Positions 26,618-36,128 of a stretch of 55,195 bases of DNA are shown here, in pieces (positions within the stretch are counted from its first letter, which is position 1; each line of letters opens with the position of its first letter). This DNA is from a virus (Duplodnaviria > Caudoviricetes): the IMG/VR virus record IMGVR_UViG_3300032323_002612, positions 1 to 55,195 of that record. One strand, 5' to 3'. The position numbers were made by a program, and so were the translations under genes. The notes under the pieces are model-generated. The model ran no database searches, was not told the DNA's origin, and saw only the letters and a program-made list of their open reading frames with translations.

Positions 26618-27984
26618 TATTTAAAAATCATTGCTCGTGTTAGAGCAATTGTTGGGTCAGTGTTGTGTTGTATTGTTTTAAATTTTTGTTGATCTTCTGT
26701 GGTCAGTATATTGTACAATCTTTGATTGAAAGTTGCAATGCTCAAATTAGTCTTTTGATCAAAGTATGCTGTGTGACGCAAAAACTTTTCCCACAGCTCT
26801 GGCTGCGGACGATTGTTTTCTAATTCAGCTATGGTAATATTCAAAAAGTTATACACTGCGGCCAGGTGATTGGGATATGCATCAAAGATAGGATGCAACA
26901 AACATTTTCTTAGAGATTCTGCCAGCTGCGGTCTATATTGTGTAGGCAGTGCTTGTACATCCAGATGATTGGTTTGCATGGTCAAATTGGCCACAAAGTT
27001 ATGAAACACAATGCCATGACTACGGTACCATTGATACCAGTACTCCAGCCAGTCATCTATATAAAAAATATTGTTGAGGCTAAACACAGGGCTCACTGCA
27101 CACTTCCATCTAGGCACAGAAGTTTTGCGACCGTTTTTTACAGTCAAACTTGGTCGGAATGTGATCAATGATTCAAGGTTGTCTTCTACCTTTGAAAATC
27201 GTGCTGGCCATCGTACATACTGATAATTTTGACCCACACTGTCAATACTGAGATTTATGTCTACACTGGCAAATTTTGTCAACAACTCCAGTAGCTCAGT
27301 CGACGGGTTCACAGTCATTGCTGTAGTAAGTCTGATATTGACACGAGATGCAATATCTTGATCAACCATCCATCGCAATAGTTTGCTCATGCCCGGTTGT
27401 ATCAGTGTTTCGCCACCAATGAAATGCACAAAAAAATATTCAGCCTTGTCAATCAATGCTGGAATTTGAGAAGTGATTCTGCTCCAATGCTCTGCGTCCT
27501 CGCTGATATCATTTTCGTAAAATTCACTGACCACTGCATTTGTGAGTTTGGCAAACGTGCTGCTTTCAAATGGGGTACAACTACGACATGCAAGTCCACA
27601 AAAATTGCTGAATTTGATTCGAAATTCAAATTCTCTGATCTCTTGAGTTTCGGTAAACAATTCAAAACGATCTTGTGGTAATTCTGCAAATGCTCTTAAA
27701 CGTTCACTTTGCCCACCGTTGGCTTCTTCTTTCCAGCATCGATAGCAAGCAGACGGCCACTCTCCTTCAAGCTGTTGTTGTTTGATTTCAGCAAACACAT
27801 CTGTTCCTGCTGCAGGAACAAACAATGACTCGTCTAGATTACAACAACAAGTTTGATACACTGGTTGTTTTTTGTCGTCGCTGTGTCGTATGTCAATTGT
27901 GGTGTAAGGTGCTGGACATAACGTAGGATGGTTCAACGCCCATTTCATACGCTTGGACATTTGATCCTGTACTTGTTCTATCAT
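26617..27984 (-). CDS. Radical SAM protein with N-terminal SPASM/twitch-like Cys cluster
   Basis: CGLACRSC (CxxxCxxC), GGETL, SIDSVG and YVRWP motifs. Confidence 0.85.
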   Translation of the reverse strand: MIEQVQDQMSKRMKWALNHPTLCPAPYTTIDIRHSDDKKQPVYQTCCCNLDESLFVPAAGTDVFAEIKQQQLEGEWPSACYRCWKEEANGGQSERLRAFAELPQDRFELFTETQEIREFEFRIKFSNFCGLACRSCTPFESSTFAKLTNAVVSEFYENDISEDAEHWSRITSQIPALIDKAEYFFVHFIGGETLIQPGMSKLLRWMVDQDIASRVNIRLTTAMTVNPSTELLELLTKFASVDINLSIDSVGQNYQYVRWPARFSKVEDNLESLITFRPSLTVKNGRKTSVPRWKCAVSPVFSLNNIFYIDDWLEYWYQWYRSHGIVFHNFVANLTMQTNHLDVQALPTQYRPQLAESLRKCLLHPIFDAYPNHLAAVYNFLNITIAELENNRPQPELWEKFLRHTAYFDQKTNLSIATFNQRLYNILTTEDQQKFKTIQHNTDPTIALTRAMIFK

Positions 27985-28301
27985 ACTCTAAAACTTTCTC
28001 CACAACCACATCGATCTCGCTCATTGGGATTTCGAAATTCAAATCCTTCGTTTAGTCCGTTACGCACAAAATCCACTGTCATCCCTTGCATGTAAACACA
28101 GCTTTTGGGATCAATGAATATTTGACATCCGTCACACTCAACACACTGATCTTCAGGTTTGGGAGAATCTACAAATTCCAATACATATGCTAGCCCTGAG
28201 CATCCTGTGGTTTTTACCCCAAGTCTGATGCCGGCACCGTGACCTCGACGTTGTAGTGTTTGAGAAATTTTACGGGCTGCTGTTGGTGTTAGTGTTATCA
28301 T
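27981..28301 (-). CDS. iscA: Fe-S cluster assembly protein IscA
   Basis: TTGCSGLAY and FRNPNERDRCGCGESF motifs. Confidence 0.92.
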   Translation of the reverse strand: MITLTPTAARKISQTLQRRGHGAGIRLGVKTTGCSGLAYVLEFVDSPKPEDQCVECDGCQIFIDPKSCVYMQGMTVDFVRNGLNEGFEFRNPNERDRCGCGESFRV

Positions 28302-29280
28302 TATGAGTGCAAAAATATTGACATACCCCAGGCTGATCGTTGGTATCCCAGGATGCAGACAGGTTGTCAAACCATTCTAGTGCTGCTTCTATACCAACCG
28401 TGGGAGCATGGTTATGTGCTATGTATTTACCCAACTCAGTGTTCCAGGCACTAACTCCGGTATGAGATCGATATGTTGCAGGATTGAATCCAGTCCAACA
28501 ACAAGGATAAACATGACCGTCGGCGGCCATGTACACACTGCGTTCACGAATGGCCCAGCATGCTATTTTGACTGTTTTTTTGTTCTCAACAATCTGTTGT
28601 TGTTTTGCAATTTTTATTTCAATAAAAGATTCGTCTATCTGATCTGGCCAATCCCAATCAGATTTTATAACAGCAACTTTTTTCCCATGTCGATTGTACA
28701 CAGGACCGTTGTCACGTACAGTAGGTCGAACTTGAACCTCTGAGAATCCTATTTTGTTGGCCAGTGCATGTATCTCGGGCATCTGTGATTGGTTGTGATC
28801 AAATTCATTGATGCACCAGATAGCGTTGCCGCCAGCTGCAATAAAGATTTCTGCATTTCGTATGATATTGTCAAAATTAGTATCTTGTCGATACAGTGCG
28901 TGAGTATCTTCTAGTCCGTCAATGCCAAACAACACAGTGACTCCAATATTGCCCAGAGTGTGCCAGAATTCTCGATCCCTTGCACTGCCATTGGTGTGAA
29001 TACGAATATCCATGGTGTGACGACTGCGACGTAGATACTTAATGATATCTATGCTTTCGGGGTTCATTACAAAATCCCCGAAGTTGCCATTGATCACAGT
29101 TTGATGTATTCTGCCCAGTCTCGGCGGTACAAATGCTTTTCTAAAATCGGCCAGGCTTAGATTGGTTTCAACAAATCCTAAATTTGTAGGGTAACCTTGC
29201 ACTGTTCTTGGACAAAAAGGACACCGTGCGTTGCACAGGCTACTCAGCTCAAGATGTAAATGATTGATTTCATACTGCAT
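28270..29280 (-). CDS. Radical SAM/SPASM protein (paralog A)
   Basis: CNARCPFC, GNFGD, HTNGS, GIDG and GHVYPCCW motifs; start at ATG 29280. Confidence 0.88.
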   Translation of the reverse strand: MQYEINHLHLELSSLCNARCPFCPRTVQGYPTNLGFVETNLSLADFRKAFVPPRLGRIHQTVINGNFGDFVMNPESIDIIKYLRRSRHTMDIRIHTNGSARDREFWHTLGNIGVTVLFGIDGLEDTHALYRQDTNFDNIIRNAEIFIAAGGNAIWCINEFDHNQSQMPEIHALANKIGFSEVQVRPTVRDNGPVYNRHGKKVAVIKSDWDWPDQIDESFIEIKIAKQQQIVENKKTVKIACWAIRERSVYMAADGHVYPCCWTGFNPATYRSHTGVSAWNTELGKYIAHNHAPTVGIEAALEWFDNLSASWDTNDQPGVCQYFCTHNDNTNTNSSP

Positions 29281-29320
29281 AATTGTGGGAGATCCGTGTT
29301 TTAATGTATTGTTGATGTCA

Positions 29321-30307
29321 TCATGTTGAACAAGTGTATAAACACACTCCTGGTTTGTTGTCTGACTGCCAGGTATCAGCCAATGTCTCAAACCATGCCA
29401 TGGCCGCGTTGATGCCCACAGTAGGAGCATGATTGTTGTTGATCAGAGGAGCAGTTTCTTGATTCCATTGCGAAATGCCATCAAAACTTCTGTAGGTCTT
29501 GGGACTGTGACCTACCCAACAGCATGGGTATGCATGACCGTCAGCTGAAATATAAACAGATTTTACTTTTTCAGCCCAGCAAGATATGGTGTTGTTCTGA
29601 GGTTTGTTTACAGGATAGTTTTGAGATTCTGTTACTCGCTGTTGAATAAACAATTCATCAATTTGATCAGGCCAGTTCCAATCAGTTTTGAGCCAATGAA
29701 TTTTTGTGCCTTTTCTGTTGTAAACAGGACCACGGTCACGGTCAGTGTCTCTGAATGTACTTTCAGCGAATCCCAGTTCGCGGGCCATGATCTTGACTTG
29801 ATCAATTTGATGTCGGTTGTGGTCAAATATTGTCATGTTCCATACGGCATGGCCGCCGGCTGCAATAAATGTCTGGGCATTTTTTATAATGGTATCAAAG
29901 TTTGTGTCTTGTCTATACAAGTTGTTGGTATCACCAATGCCGTCAATGTTGAACTTGATTCGTATGTTCATGCTGCCAAGGTCAGTCCAAAACTGTCGAT
30001 CACGAGCACTACCATTGGTATGCACTTCTATTTTACCGTAGCGAGGAATATGCTGTCTGAGGTATTGAATAATTTCAACACTTTGGGGATTCATTACAAA
30101 ATCTCCAAAGTTGCCATTGATCAGAACAAAGTTTACCTTGCTCAGCAAATCAGGAGGCAACGCTTTTTGCACATCGACTAGGTCAAGATTGGTTTCTTCA
30201 TAACCCATGTTGGACGGAAACCCTTGAAAGGTGCGGGGACAAAGTGGGCAACGAGCATTGCACATCGAGCTCAGTTCAAGATGTAGGTTATTGATCTCAT
30301 ACTGCAT
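29321..30307 (-). CDS. Radical SAM/SPASM protein (paralog B)
   Basis: CNARCPLC, GNFGD, HTNGS and GHAYPCCW motifs. Confidence 0.88.
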   Translation of the reverse strand: MQYEINNLHLELSSMCNARCPLCPRTFQGFPSNMGYEETNLDLVDVQKALPPDLLSKVNFVLINGNFGDFVMNPQSVEIIQYLRQHIPRYGKIEVHTNGSARDRQFWTDLGSMNIRIKFNIDGIGDTNNLYRQDTNFDTIIKNAQTFIAAGGHAVWNMTIFDHNRHQIDQVKIMARELGFAESTFRDTDRDRGPVYNRKGTKIHWLKTDWNWPDQIDELFIQQRVTESQNYPVNKPQNNTISCWAEKVKSVYISADGHAYPCCWVGHSPKTYRSFDGISQWNQETAPLINNNHAPTVGINAAMAWFETLADTWQSDNKPGVCLYTCST

Positions 30308-30866
30308 GGTTGGGATTGATCCAATTTTTCAACCATGTACGTTGCAGTCGCACAATGTCCTTGGCCAACTCACGCTGTTCACTCACAAAGTTTGTGGTGT
30401 AATCCAAAGCAGTAGCCGGGGGCAATTCTACCTGTGCTGTGATTTCGTGCCCTGCACGACTCATGGTTTTCAATCCATGTTTGCGGGCTAGGTGTTGTAT
30501 TTTTTGATTGCCTGTGATACAGTGCATGAATACCACGTGCACACCATGTGTTTTGCCCCAGGCAATCATATGAGCCATCAGTTGGTCTGCAATGCCACGA
30601 CCTTGGTAATCACGCTCTACGCTGACTGCCAACTCCCAGTCAGCGTCATCTCTAGCCAAGTGACCAAATCCCACAATACGATCGTCCTGATAGTAGGTAA
30701 ACAAGTGATGCTGATCCTGATGATACAGCATATTCAAGATCATAGCATCAATGGATTCAGGGGACACCGCATAGCCAAACCGTGTGTAGCGATCTTGCTC
30801 GGGCAAGTTCTTTAGGTGAGTTGCATACTCAGCAAGATGCTCAGTGTGGCTGTGTTGTATTTTCAT
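30297..30866 (-). CDS. GNAT acetyltransferase
   Basis: ELAVSVERDYQGRGIA (motif A) and N..IQHLARKHG. Confidence 0.85.
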   Translation of the reverse strand: MKIQHSHTEHLAEYATHLKNLPEQDRYTRFGYAVSPESIDAMILNMLYHQDQHHLFTYYQDDRIVGFGHLARDDADWELAVSVERDYQGRGIADQLMAHMIAWGKTHGVHVVFMHCITGNQKIQHLARKHGLKTMSRAGHEITAQVELPPATALDYTTNFVSEQRELAKDIVRLQRTWLKNWINPNHAV

Positions 30867-31236
30867 GACGTTTCTTGTAATCTTCTACCGCGGCTTTGAT
30901 TGCGTCTTCAGCAAGGATGCTACAATGGATTTTGACTGGGGGCAAGGCAAGTTCTTCAGCAATTTGGCTATTTTTAAGAGCTGCGGCTTCGTCCAATGTC
31001 TTGCCTTTAACCCACTCGGTAACAAGAGAGGAACTCGCGATCGCACTACCGCAACCGTAGGTTTTGAATCTGGCATCTGTGATAACTCCATCTTGAACTC
31101 GAATTTGCAGTTTCATTACGTCACCGCAGGCCGGTGCTCCCACCATACCAGTGCCCACGTCAGTATCGTTTTTGTCAAACGATCCTACGTTGCGTGGATT
31201 TTCATAATGATCAACTACTTGTTGTGAATAAGCCAT
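30841..31236 (-). CDS. iscU: Fe-S scaffold protein IscU
   Basis: DHYENPRNVG, APACGDVM, GCGSAIAS and LPPVKIHC motifs. Confidence 0.95.
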   Translation of the reverse strand: MAYSQQVVDHYENPRNVGSFDKNDTDVGTGMVGAPACGDVMKLQIRVQDGVITDARFKTYGCGSAIASSSLVTEWVKGKTLDEAAALKNSQIAEELALPPVKIHCSILAEDAIKAAVEDYKKRHENTTQPH

Positions 31237-31293
31237 AAGAAGACTCCTTAATTGATTATAAGGTATTTAAGTCGAATTGTCTAGAGATTTGAG

Positions 31294-31650
31294 TTAGATG
31301 CCGCGATCTTTTTTGGCAGCAGATTTGGCAGCAGCGGCCACGATGTCTTGTGCTTTGTTTACGGGCATTTGAACAGGACCTTCTTGTCCTGCACCTTTGA
31401 ACACAATTTGGTTTGTGTTGGGATCCAGTGGCTCTAACACACTGCTCAGTGGTGGCTGACCCACAATCTCCTGAACGTTGTTTCGGTTTACGTTGATATC
31501 CAGGCTTTGTGCCAAGTTTATAAACGCATCTACACTGATCTGTTTTGGAGCGCTAGTGTCATCTGCTCGTCCAGCCAAGAACTGCACCAGTCCCAACAAT
31601 TGGTCAGGACTGGGAGTAGACGAAGATCCAGCGACTTCAAATATTTTCAT
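31294..31650 (-). CDS. Hypothetical protein (putative virion/internal)
   Basis: 118 aa, starts MKIFEV. Confidence 0.65.
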   Translation of the reverse strand: MKIFEVAGSSSTPSPDQLLGLVQFLAGRADDTSAPKQISVDAFINLAQSLDINVNRNNVQEIVGQPPLSSVLEPLDPNTNQIVFKGAGQEGPVQMPVNKAQDIVAAAAKSAAKKDRGI

Positions 31651-32555
31651 TATCTACGTGCACGGCCCAACACTGCACCAGCTGGTTCAGCATCAGGTTC
31701 AACTGGTTCAGCAGCCATCTCGCCTGCTTCTGCACCTAGTTCAGCACCCATATCAGCACCTAGTTCAGCACCCATATCGGCACCGGCTTGTGCACCCATG
31801 GCAGCAGCGTCTGGTGCAGCAGGAGCAGCAGTACCAGTTACCACGCCCAGGGCTTGATCCAGTTGTTGTTTGGCACCTTGTAGATTTTGCATGAGTCCGC
31901 TGAGTGCAGCACTAGCGTCAGCATTGAATTGTGTGGCTTGGTCAATACCAACTTGGTTCTTGATTGAGTCAACCAAGGCAGGCAATTCTTTGAATTGCAG
32001 TTCGCTGACATCTTCCAACATGCCTTGCATTTTATCAACCATGTCTTGAGCTGCCAACACCACTTGAGCCTGTTGTACTTCTGATTCTTTCAGCATACGA
32101 TATGCACGACGCAGACGACTTTCTTGAGCCATCATAGCAGCGCCAGCTACCATCTTTTGTTCTTCAGGATTCAGTGTCTGTCCTGCTTGACTCTTCTTGA
32201 GTGCGGCCGCAAGTTTGGGATCCTTGGCAGCAGCCCCAGCCACAGCAGGCTTGGGTTGACCAGCAGGAGCAGCAGCAGGTTGTTGACCGGCAGCAGCAGG
32301 AGGCATGTTCTCTTTGACTCGTTGAGCGAGAGCTTGCTCCATCATGACCAGTTTGAGATAACTGGGGTTCTGCTCGCTGGTGTGTCTCGCGGTGGTACTG
32401 CGATGTTCACCCAACAAGCTACGCACACGAGTCAACAGTTGTTGAGTCTGAGTGCGAGTCAAGTTTTCAAACTTGATGCTGGGACCAAAGTAACTTTCAA
32501 ATACTTTGGCGATTTGCTTTGTGGGACGCGGAGCGGCCAGGTCGTTCAGTTTCAT
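31650..32555 (-). CDS. Ala-rich helical protein, possible prohead core/scaffold-like
   Basis: Coiled-coil segments, LKESE site and low-complexity acidic tail; TAAATA upstream. Confidence 0.55.
   Translation of the reverse strand: MKLNDLAAPRPTKQIAKVFESYFGPSIKFENLTRTQTQQLLTRVRSLLGEHRSTTARHTSEQNPSYLKLVMMEQALAQRVKENMPPAAAGQQPAAAPAGQPKPAVAGAAAKDPKLAAALKKSQAGQTLNPEEQKMVAGAAMMAQESRLRRAYRMLKESEVQQAQVVLAAQDMVDKMQGMLEDVSELQFKELPALVDSIKNQVGIDQATQFNADASAALSGLMQNLQGAKQQLDQALGVVTGTAAPAAPDAAAMGAQAGADMGAELGADMGAELGAEAGEMAAEPVEPDAEPAGAVLGRARR
31732..31779. repeat. Near-perfect 24-bp tandem repeat x2 encoding GADMGAEL
   Basis: gcacctagttcagcacccatatc(a/g) occurs twice, in frame. Confidence 0.75.
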
Positions 32556-33003
32556 TGGAGAATCCTCTTATTTGCCAATATTTAGCCGAATTAATACATT
32601 TCTCTAATTCGTTGTTCAATGCATTATAGTACTCAACCTTGCTTTGTATCTTGGTTGTTACTGATTCGTAGAAGTCTTGGCTACGACTTCTTTCCGCTAG
32701 GGCCCGTCGGCATCGTATGTCTGCCGCTAGGCTGTGTTTTTTGTTGTCCAGCAAATGAATGCTGCGTGCTAGTGCGTGCTGGTTTAGGTGATCGGCTATG
32801 CACCAGCTAATGGCACTGCGTTTGCTGCTAAAAGTCAAAGAATCTTGATTTTTGATGCTGACAGCAACATTGTGTTGTGCAGGAATCACATGATATTTGC
32901 CAAATGCGTTATAACCATTTTTGCCGTCAGGCACAATGAGTTTGCTAGCTAAACTCTGAATTTCTTTGGTAGCAAAACGTTCAAGTTTTTCGTGGCGTAT
33001 CAT
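32497..33003 (-). CDS. Hypothetical protein
   Basis: ORF from ATG 33003, coupled to the upstream stop. Confidence 0.65.
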   Translation of the reverse strand: MIRHEKLERFATKEIQSLASKLIVPDGKNGYNAFGKYHVIPAQHNVAVSIKNQDSLTFSSKRSAISWCIADHLNQHALARSIHLLDNKKHSLAADIRCRRALAERSRSQDFYESVTTKIQSKVEYYNALNNELEKCINSAKYWQIRGFSNETERPGRSASHKANRQSI

Positions 33004-33263
33004 TTGAATACGTATTGAGTCAGCAACCATACCACTGTAGATGTCAAGGCACCGATTATGCCAATGCCCCAACCAATTAGTTGATCGTTGCGTTTTTCAG
33101 CCATCTTGTTTACTGTGGCTGCAATAACACCAACATCTGAATGCACTTCTGCGATTTTGCCGTCAACAGATTCCAGCTTGAGCTCCAGCATTTTGTAACG
33201 CTCGGCACACAATTCAACGTGGGCTTCCAAGCTCTTTTTTTCAATGTCAGTGGTATCGACCAT
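33000..33263 (-). CDS. Coiled-coil protein with C-terminal TM helix (holin/hemolysin-like architecture)
   Basis: LEAHVELCAERY, coiled coil and hydrophobic C-terminus. Confidence 0.55.
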   Translation of the reverse strand: MVDTTDIEKKSLEAHVELCAERYKMLELKLESVDGKIAEVHSDVGVIAATVNKMAEKRNDQLIGWGIGIIGALTSTVVWLLTQYVFK

Positions 33264-33264
33264 G

Positions 33265-33699
33265 TCAAATCTCCAGTGGTGTATTTATGGGTTCAAACCA
33301 AATGTTTTGATCTGCACCTTGAGTAATCAACACAGTTTCTTCAGTAAGAGTTTCTGTTAGTCCAGTGATCATGGGCACGCCTGTGCACTCATTGACCAAA
33401 CCTGATAGGTCATCTTCTTGACCGGACGTACTGTATACTAATCCAGATTCTACTTCAAATTCAAAACTCCATACACCACTATCTTGCCCCAAATTAGTGA
33501 CTGATATAGGTTGTGTTCTTAGACTGATCAACTGGGTCAGTGTTTCCCAGTTTCGTTGTTGGTTTCTGGCATAGATCCAGGTCAGCTGATCCCGAACCAC
33601 ACCGCCGGCACCATGTTCAAATGGTACCTGACTGGGTCTAAAATGACCAGTTACTCCAGTAGCACTGCAATCAAAAAAAGTTCTACATATGATTTTCAT
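33265..33699 (-). CDS. Hypothetical protein
   Basis: 144-aa ORF; RNQQRNWETL motif. Confidence 0.7.
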   Translation of the reverse strand: MKIICRTFFDCSATGVTGHFRPSQVPFEHGAGGVVRDQLTWIYARNQQRNWETLTQLISLRTQPISVTNLGQDSGVWSFEFEVESGLVYSTSGQEDDLSGLVNECTGVPMITGLTETLTEETVLITQGADQNIWFEPINTPLEI

Positions 33700-33723
33700 T
33701 CTACGGGTATTTAACGGCCAACA

Positions 33724-33752
33724 AAAAGCCCAGGATATTTCTATCCTGGGCT
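33724..33752 (-). terminator. Intrinsic terminator AGCCCAGGATA-GAAA-TATCCTGGGCT-TTTT
   Basis: 11-bp stem, GAAA loop and T tract on the minus strand. Confidence 0.85.
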
Positions 33753-33772
33753 GTTGCTTAATCAGCTAGTGA

Positions 33773-34174
33773 TTAGGAAGTAGCTAGTTTGAAGCCTGTG
33801 CTAGCAGCACTGTTCAACTGGAAACCAGTGTAAGTGATGTTGGCAGCAGCCAAGAATTCAGCAGCTGATGTGTTGGTAGTTGCGTTGGCGAATGCACCTG
33901 TTGGGAATATGCCAAAGCTGATCTGTGCTCCGTCAACTTGATACACAGCCACTGTGCATGTTTGTTGAACAGCTTGAATAACGTTGGCAACGTATTCTTG
34001 AACGTCTTGTTGTGCAGCAACTGATGTGTTAGCAGTTACGCTGAAGAAGTCCAGCTTGGGACCAGCAGGGTTTACTGGTGTTGCTGCGGTAGAAGCACCG
34101 GCTGCAACTGGTTGACGAACGTCAATGGCGAATACTGGTTGTGCGTCGCCGTTTACTGGGGTAATGAATGCCAT
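33773..34174 (-). CDS. Putative abundant virion protein
   Basis: Own TAAATA promoter, AAGGA SD and a dedicated terminator; Ala/Thr-rich. Confidence 0.6.
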   Translation of the reverse strand: MAFITPVNGDAQPVFAIDVRQPVAAGASTAATPVNPAGPKLDFFSVTANTSVAAQQDVQEYVANVIQAVQQTCTVAVYQVDGAQISFGIFPTGAFANATTNTSAAEFLAAANITYTGFQLNSAASTGFKLATS

Positions 34175-34235
34175 GATAAATTTCCTTTAAGTTAGTGGGT
34201 TTTAGCCCTACACTTATTTATGTCTTTGGCAAAAA

Positions 34236-36128
34236 TCACCGAGTTTGCGGATTGTTTTGCATGCGATTTTGAGCAGCAAAAGCATTGGGATCAAAGCGAT
34301 TCACTGCCTTGGCATAGCCTGCAGGTGTGGCCATAACCCAACCTTCTTGTCCAGGATGCTCAAGATCAGCCTGTCGCAAGATATCCATCTTGATGTCATG
34401 CAACAACAAGAATGCTGTAAATGCAGCAGCCATGGCCTGTGTGTTTGATGTAGGGCTTTGCAAGTATTCCACAATGTTGCGGAACTTTTGAGGTGTTACC
34501 TTGGTCTTGAGCCATTCTCCAAACTCGGGCAACAATGTTTGCGGATTCAGGGGTGTACCTACTTTGGTGTTGATGTAGTCCACACACAGTTTGGCCAAGT
34601 CAGTGATCTTGTTGGCACGCAGTTCCACAGGATTGAACAAGGTATTGATCGCTGCACCACTGGTGCGTACCAGTTGCTTGAGTTGTTTGACTTTGGTAGG
34701 CTCAACAGCAAGTTGTCGTGGTGTAGCAGGACGCTCCAGCATCAAGCCAGGTACTTCGTTGAAACTAACGCCGCTCAAGGGCTGTCGAGCATCGCCAACA
34801 TCCCCATACATGCTATGAATAGCAATACCAATGTTGCTGTTGCCAATGCGTTGTCCCAAGGAACTTCGTGCTGGAATTTTGTACTCAACAGTGTTGGGAC
34901 GGAACACATAGTTTCCTGCAATTTCAGGTGGTGTCTGCATGTACAACAAGTCACCTTTGACATAGCCACGGAAGTTGGAGGGTAATGCAGCCTCTAGTAC
35001 TGGAAACAGTTCAGCATACAACTGAATCAGTTCTGTGCGATCACCTGAACGACGATTCTGTATGTCCGCCATCATGCGTGGGCTAGTAGCTAAACCATCG
35101 TAACCTTTGGCTTCAAAACCTGATCCGTCTGTGAGCACAAACTCACCTGTGGAGGGTTTGCGACCAAATATCACAGCAGGTTTGCCGTCCCACTTGGCAG
35201 TGGTAGTGCTGGGTTTTTCTGTGGCGTGCTGCACAATTTCTAGAGCGTCCAAGATGCCCTGGGTGCCACGGCGAAACACTAAATCTTCCAAGTGTTCAAT
35301 ACCCTTGGCCCTACCACCTACACCGGGCTCTTCTGCTTCTACTAAGGCAACATAGCCCTTGTTGACAATGCGATCGCGTAGACGTCCCAGGAACCCCACG
35401 TCATCTTCAGACATAGATTGCTGTGGTTCCTGCAGACCTTCACGTGCCAGATATTCACGGAAATCTTTTAGTTTGACTTCTCGATCAGGATCATTGCTGA
35501 GTGCTTTGTAGATGCTTTCTACATTCTTTAGATTTTCTCGAGAGAATGCAGGACCCAGTAGTACTTTGGCCACATAGTTAGGGTCTTGTCCGCCTTTGAC
35601 CAATTCATTTGTGGTGCGACTAAACATGCCATTGGCACCCACTTTGAGTCCCAGGACCTTGGCAATGCTTGACATCAACACATTGCGGTTCATGCCTTTG
35701 TAGTTGGATCCTTCTGCACCGCCGTAGAAGAATGTGCCCCAGTCCAGGTTAGGGAAAAACATAAAGTCTGTTTGCACATAGCCTTTGTCGGGATCTCCAG
35801 CAATAGGAGTACGGAAATGTACTTCGCCAGCTTTTTTGACCCATTCACGTGGATCTTGTTTTTGACTTTGCACAAACTGTGTGAGTTTGGCAGCAAGTTG
35901 ATCTTTGTTGATTTCACTGAGATCCACAGCTAAATCCAGGTCTCCAGATGTGGGCTTGCGACCTGTGGATCCTAACCAACGCTCTTCAGGGAATTCCATG
36001 CCCAGAACGTTTTCAAGATACGCAATGGTAGCAGGTACATCTGCTTGATTGATGCGTTGTGTCAATGGGCTGCCTTGCTGGTCCTTAAAGACATTGCCAC
36101 CTTCCAGTAGTGTGTGTAGTAGTTTCAT
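34236..36128 (-). CDS. Pol-beta-type nucleotidyltransferase fused to a ligase-like (KxDG, DUF6267-like) domain
   Basis: N-terminal LGSTG..SGDLDLAVD and VQTDF; C-terminal HLEDL, AKWDGKP, KGDLLY, QEGWV and KAVNR. Confidence 0.65.
   Translation of the reverse strand: MKLLHTLLEGGNVFKDQQGSPLTQRINQADVPATIAYLENVLGMEFPEERWLGSTGRKPTSGDLDLAVDLSEINKDQLAAKLTQFVQSQKQDPREWVKKAGEVHFRTPIAGDPDKGYVQTDFMFFPNLDWGTFFYGGAEGSNYKGMNRNVLMSSIAKVLGLKVGANGMFSRTTNELVKGGQDPNYVAKVLLGPAFSRENLKNVESIYKALSNDPDREVKLKDFREYLAREGLQEPQQSMSEDDVGFLGRLRDRIVNKGYVALVEAEEPGVGGRAKGIEHLEDLVFRRGTQGILDALEIVQHATEKPSTTTAKWDGKPAVIFGRKPSTGEFVLTDGSGFEAKGYDGLATSPRMMADIQNRRSGDRTELIQLYAELFPVLEAALPSNFRGYVKGDLLYMQTPPEIAGNYVFRPNTVEYKIPARSSLGQRIGNSNIGIAIHSMYGDVGDARQPLSGVSFNEVPGLMLERPATPRQLAVEPTKVKQLKQLVRTSGAAINTLFNPVELRANKITDLAKLCVDYINTKVGTPLNPQTLLPEFGEWLKTKVTPQKFRNIVEYLQSPTSNTQAMAAAFTAFLLLHDIKMDILRQADLEHPGQEGWVMATPAGYAKAVNRFDPNAFAAQNRMQNNPQTR

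Noticed and set aside
31732-31779. 24-bp tandem repeat as a contingency or DGR locus
   Set aside because: Only two in-frame copies in a low-complexity tail, and no reverse transcriptase nearby.
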